A DNA stretch of 62,959 nucleotides from a bacterium (GTDB lineage: Bacteria; Krumholzibacteriota; Krumholzibacteriia; LZORAL124-64-63): positions 1-62,959 of the forward strand of contig JANOEP010000029.1 in assembly GCA_031441465.1 (NCBI GenBank), given 5' to 3'. Both the position numbers and the translations under genes were made by a program. Positions 62,845 to 62,959 of the stretch are shown here, one piece after another. Each line of letters starts with the position of its first letter. Position 1 is the stretch's first letter. A model generated the notes under the pieces. The model saw only the letters and a list, made by a program, of their open reading frames with translations, searched no databases and was not told the DNA's origin.

Positions 62845-62958
62845 TCAGCGGGGCCGTACGCGCAGCGTGACGGCGAACTCCCGGGGCGCGCCGTCGCGCA
62901 CGACCGTCACGGTGACGGTTTCGCCCGCGCCGTGCGCCTGCAGCAGGGCGGTGAGCCC
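62845..62958 (-). CDS. C-terminal PDZ-like end of a gene running off the window
   Basis: GLTALLQAHGAGETVTVTVVRDGAPREFAVTL..* typical of a PDZ C-terminus. Confidence 0.65.
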   Translation of the reverse strand, partial: GLTALLQAHGAGETVTVTVVRDGAPREFAVTLRVRPR

Positions 62959-62959
62959 C

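Overview
High-GC (roughly 70% by eye) bacterial chromosomal window, mostly encoded on the minus strand. FlgD-Ig/T9SS-type C-terminal sorting domains, a PorV-family barrel and lpxH suggest a diderm of the FCB superphylum, possibly Krumholzibacteriota/Latescibacterota/Eisenbacteria-like (inference). The first ~515 bp are an AT-rich foreign fragment abruptly fused to a truncated carbamate kinase gene, probably an assembly chimera. Housekeeping genes: ppdK, the hisS-aspS-phoH-7TM/HD-ybeY-corC-mgtE-recO-glyQ-glyS block, an amidase, a sigma-70 factor, a DegP-type protease, lpxH, rlmN, an Rrf2 regulator, mutY and a long-chain acyl-CoA ligase. Two clusters encode secreted/surface proteins (11.7-22.5 kb and 42.8-50.2 kb). 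The best candidate for an undescribed system is at 51.6-55.9 kb. A sigma70-driven 101-aa secreted peptide gene precedes a TPR-sensor sigma54 enhancer-binding protein. Downstream lie an AT-rich IHF/enhancer-like zone, a sigma54 promoter and a ~320-nt structured, probably non-coding RNA. The 5' end of that RNA is exactly complementary (16+13 nt, spanning a self-folding hairpin) to the leader of the degP gene 10 kb away. A second sigma54 promoter drives a lipoprotein-DUF4384 operon ending in another structured RNA element. All functional calls come from motif recognition by eye; no searches were run.
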